Below, in pieces: positions 62,690 through 64,000 of a DNA stretch of 64,000 bases. Numbering within the stretch: the first letter of the stretch is position 1; each line of letters opens with the position of its first letter. The stretch spans positions 196,954-260,953 of the forward strand of contig CATOTJ020000002.1 in NCBI GenBank assembly GCA_951813525.2, written 5' to 3'. This stretch comes from an uncultured Limibaculum sp. (GTDB taxonomy: Bacteria; Pseudomonadota; Alphaproteobacteria; Rhodobacterales; Rhodobacteraceae). The translations under genes and the position numbers were made by a program. The notes beneath the pieces are model-generated. The model had not been told where the DNA came from. It saw nothing but the letters and a program-made list of their open reading frames with translations, and did no database searches.

Positions 62690-64000
62690 TTAGCGCAGGA
62701 ACTGTTCGTCGAACGGGAACTTGGTCAGGTTTTCGACGCCCGTTTCGGTGATCAGCACCTGATCTTCCAGCTTGATCGAGAAGTCGCCGCCTTCATGGGC
62801 GATCAGCGCCTCGACGCACAGCGTCATGCCTGGGACCAGGACGTGATCAAAATCGCCGGCGCGCCAGTCCTGCGGGTATTTGATCGACGGCCATTCGTCG
62901 CAAAGGCCGACGCCGTGGATCTTGACGCCGTACCGGCTTTTGACGAACTCGTCGGCAAGCTGGTGTCCGCCGAAGGTGATTTCCTTGAAGCTTTTGCCGG
63001 GGGCCAGGATTTCCGTGTTTTCGACAATATGGTCGTGGGCGACCCGGTAGAGGCGCTTCATTTCCGCCGTTGGCTCGCCATCGCCGACCCAGACGGTGCG
63101 GGAGATGTCGGCGCAGATGCCGTAGGGCCCCACCAGGTCGGTGTCGTAGGCCAGTATTTCACCGTTCTGGAGCACGCGGGGTCCGCATTCCTGGAACCAG
63201 GGGTTGGTGCGCGGGCCCGACGACAGCAGCCGGCATTCGATCCATTCCCCGCCGCGGCGAATGTTTTCGGCGTGCAGGACCGACCAGACATCGTCTTCGG
63301 TTTTGCCCGGCGCGGCGGCATCTTGCATCAGTTGGCAGGCGATTTCGGTTGAATGCATGGCGCAGCGCATGGCCAGGATCTCGTCCGCGCCTTTGACCGC
63401 GCGCACGCGCTCGGTCAGTTCCTCGCCTGCTTCGATGATGAAGCCGCGATCCATGAAGGCGCGGTAGCCGGGGATGGCGATCTTGTCGATTGCCAGGCGC
63501 CGGTTCGGGGCATGGGCGTCCATCAGCTTGCCGATGACACCGGCAAAGTCCTTGGCGTCGTCATCTTCCATGTCGCCATTGATGAAGTAGAACATCGACG
63601 CGCCGCCGCGCACTTCGTCGACCAGCGGATTGAAATCGGACAGCACCTTGTCCGGCCCGCCCTTGAAGTCGAACAGCACCATATAGCCGTCGGCGCCGAC
63701 GAAACAGGCGCGGAACGGGTTGTGGGAGTTCCAGACCTGCATATTCGTTGAATCGGTGGCAAACCGGATGTTGAGCGGGTCAAAGAGCAGTGCGCCGCCA
63801 TAGCCGCGTTCATTGATCCCCTGGACCAGCCGGGCGTGGCGGTCGGCGCGCATCTGGGCGAGGTTCGGAGGGGTCAGACCTGCTTCGGCCCATTCGGCGA
63901 AGGCCAGCGGCGTTGGCCCGATTTCGGCCCGGTCGTTATCATCGGGGCTGCCGTCCGGGCGCGTGCGGGTCGGGTCGATCTTGCGGGTAGGGCTGTGGTC
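62690..64000 (-). CDS. dddP: DMSP lyase DddP (M24 metallopeptidase fold); start just beyond window
   Basis: TRKIDP, EIGPT.LAF.EW, FDPLNIRFATDSTNMQ, RGGEWIE.RLL, GPRTNPWFQECG, HGVGLCDEWP, KLEDQVLITE. Confidence 0.9.
   Translation of the reverse strand, partial: DHSPTRKIDPTRTRPDGSPDDNDRAEIGPTPLAFAEWAEAGLTPPNLAQMRADRHARLVQGINERGYGGALLFDPLNIRFATDSTNMQVWNSHNPFRACFVGADGYMVLFDFKGGPDKVLSDFNPLVDEVRGGASMFYFINGDMEDDDAKDFAGVIGKLMDAHAPNRRLAIDKIAIPGYRAFMDRGFIIEAGEELTERVRAVKGADEILAMRCAMHSTEIACQLMQDAAAPGKTEDDVWSVLHAENIRRGGEWIECRLLSSGPRTNPWFQECGPRVLQNGEILAYDTDLVGPYGICADISRTVWVGDGEPTAEMKRLYRVAHDHIVENTEILAPGKSFKEITFGGHQLADEFVKSRYGVKIHGVGLCDEWPSIKYPQDWRAGDFDHVLVPGMTLCVEALIAHEGGDFSIKLEDQVLITETGVENLTKFPFDEQFLR

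Overview
GC-rich marine alphaproteobacterial (Rhodobacteraceae-like) chromosome segment. About 57 kb is accessory DNA and about 7 kb is core-like (tRNA-Lys, DMT, parE, an amine oxidase, dddP). The central structure is a ~22.9 kb island (13512-36414) at the 3' end of tRNA-Ser(GCT). Its backbone is ParB-DNA methyltransferase, DUF5681, terminase large subunit, then cargo, then DUF3489, DUF2924 and a large serine recombinase; no capsid, portal or tail genes are visible. It sits in tandem with the decayed right end of a sibling island (11546-13517). Its cargo includes a repeat adhesin, two lone c-type cytochromes, an IS-disrupted caspase-like/DUF4347-type gene and a minimal 210-aa tyrosine recombinase with a structured leader and degenerate palindromic sites nearby. 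Flanking this are three catabolic modules: AraC + Mo-enzyme/ferredoxin/FNR; LysR + Rieske + two enolase-superfamily genes; and ABC + GlxA + Rieske + SDRs + BKACE + hydroxyacyl dehydrogenase. About 15 intact or decayed IS elements are present (IS3, IS5, IS6, IS21, IS66, IS110/IS1111, IS1182). All family calls are from motif recognition by eye; no database searches were run.
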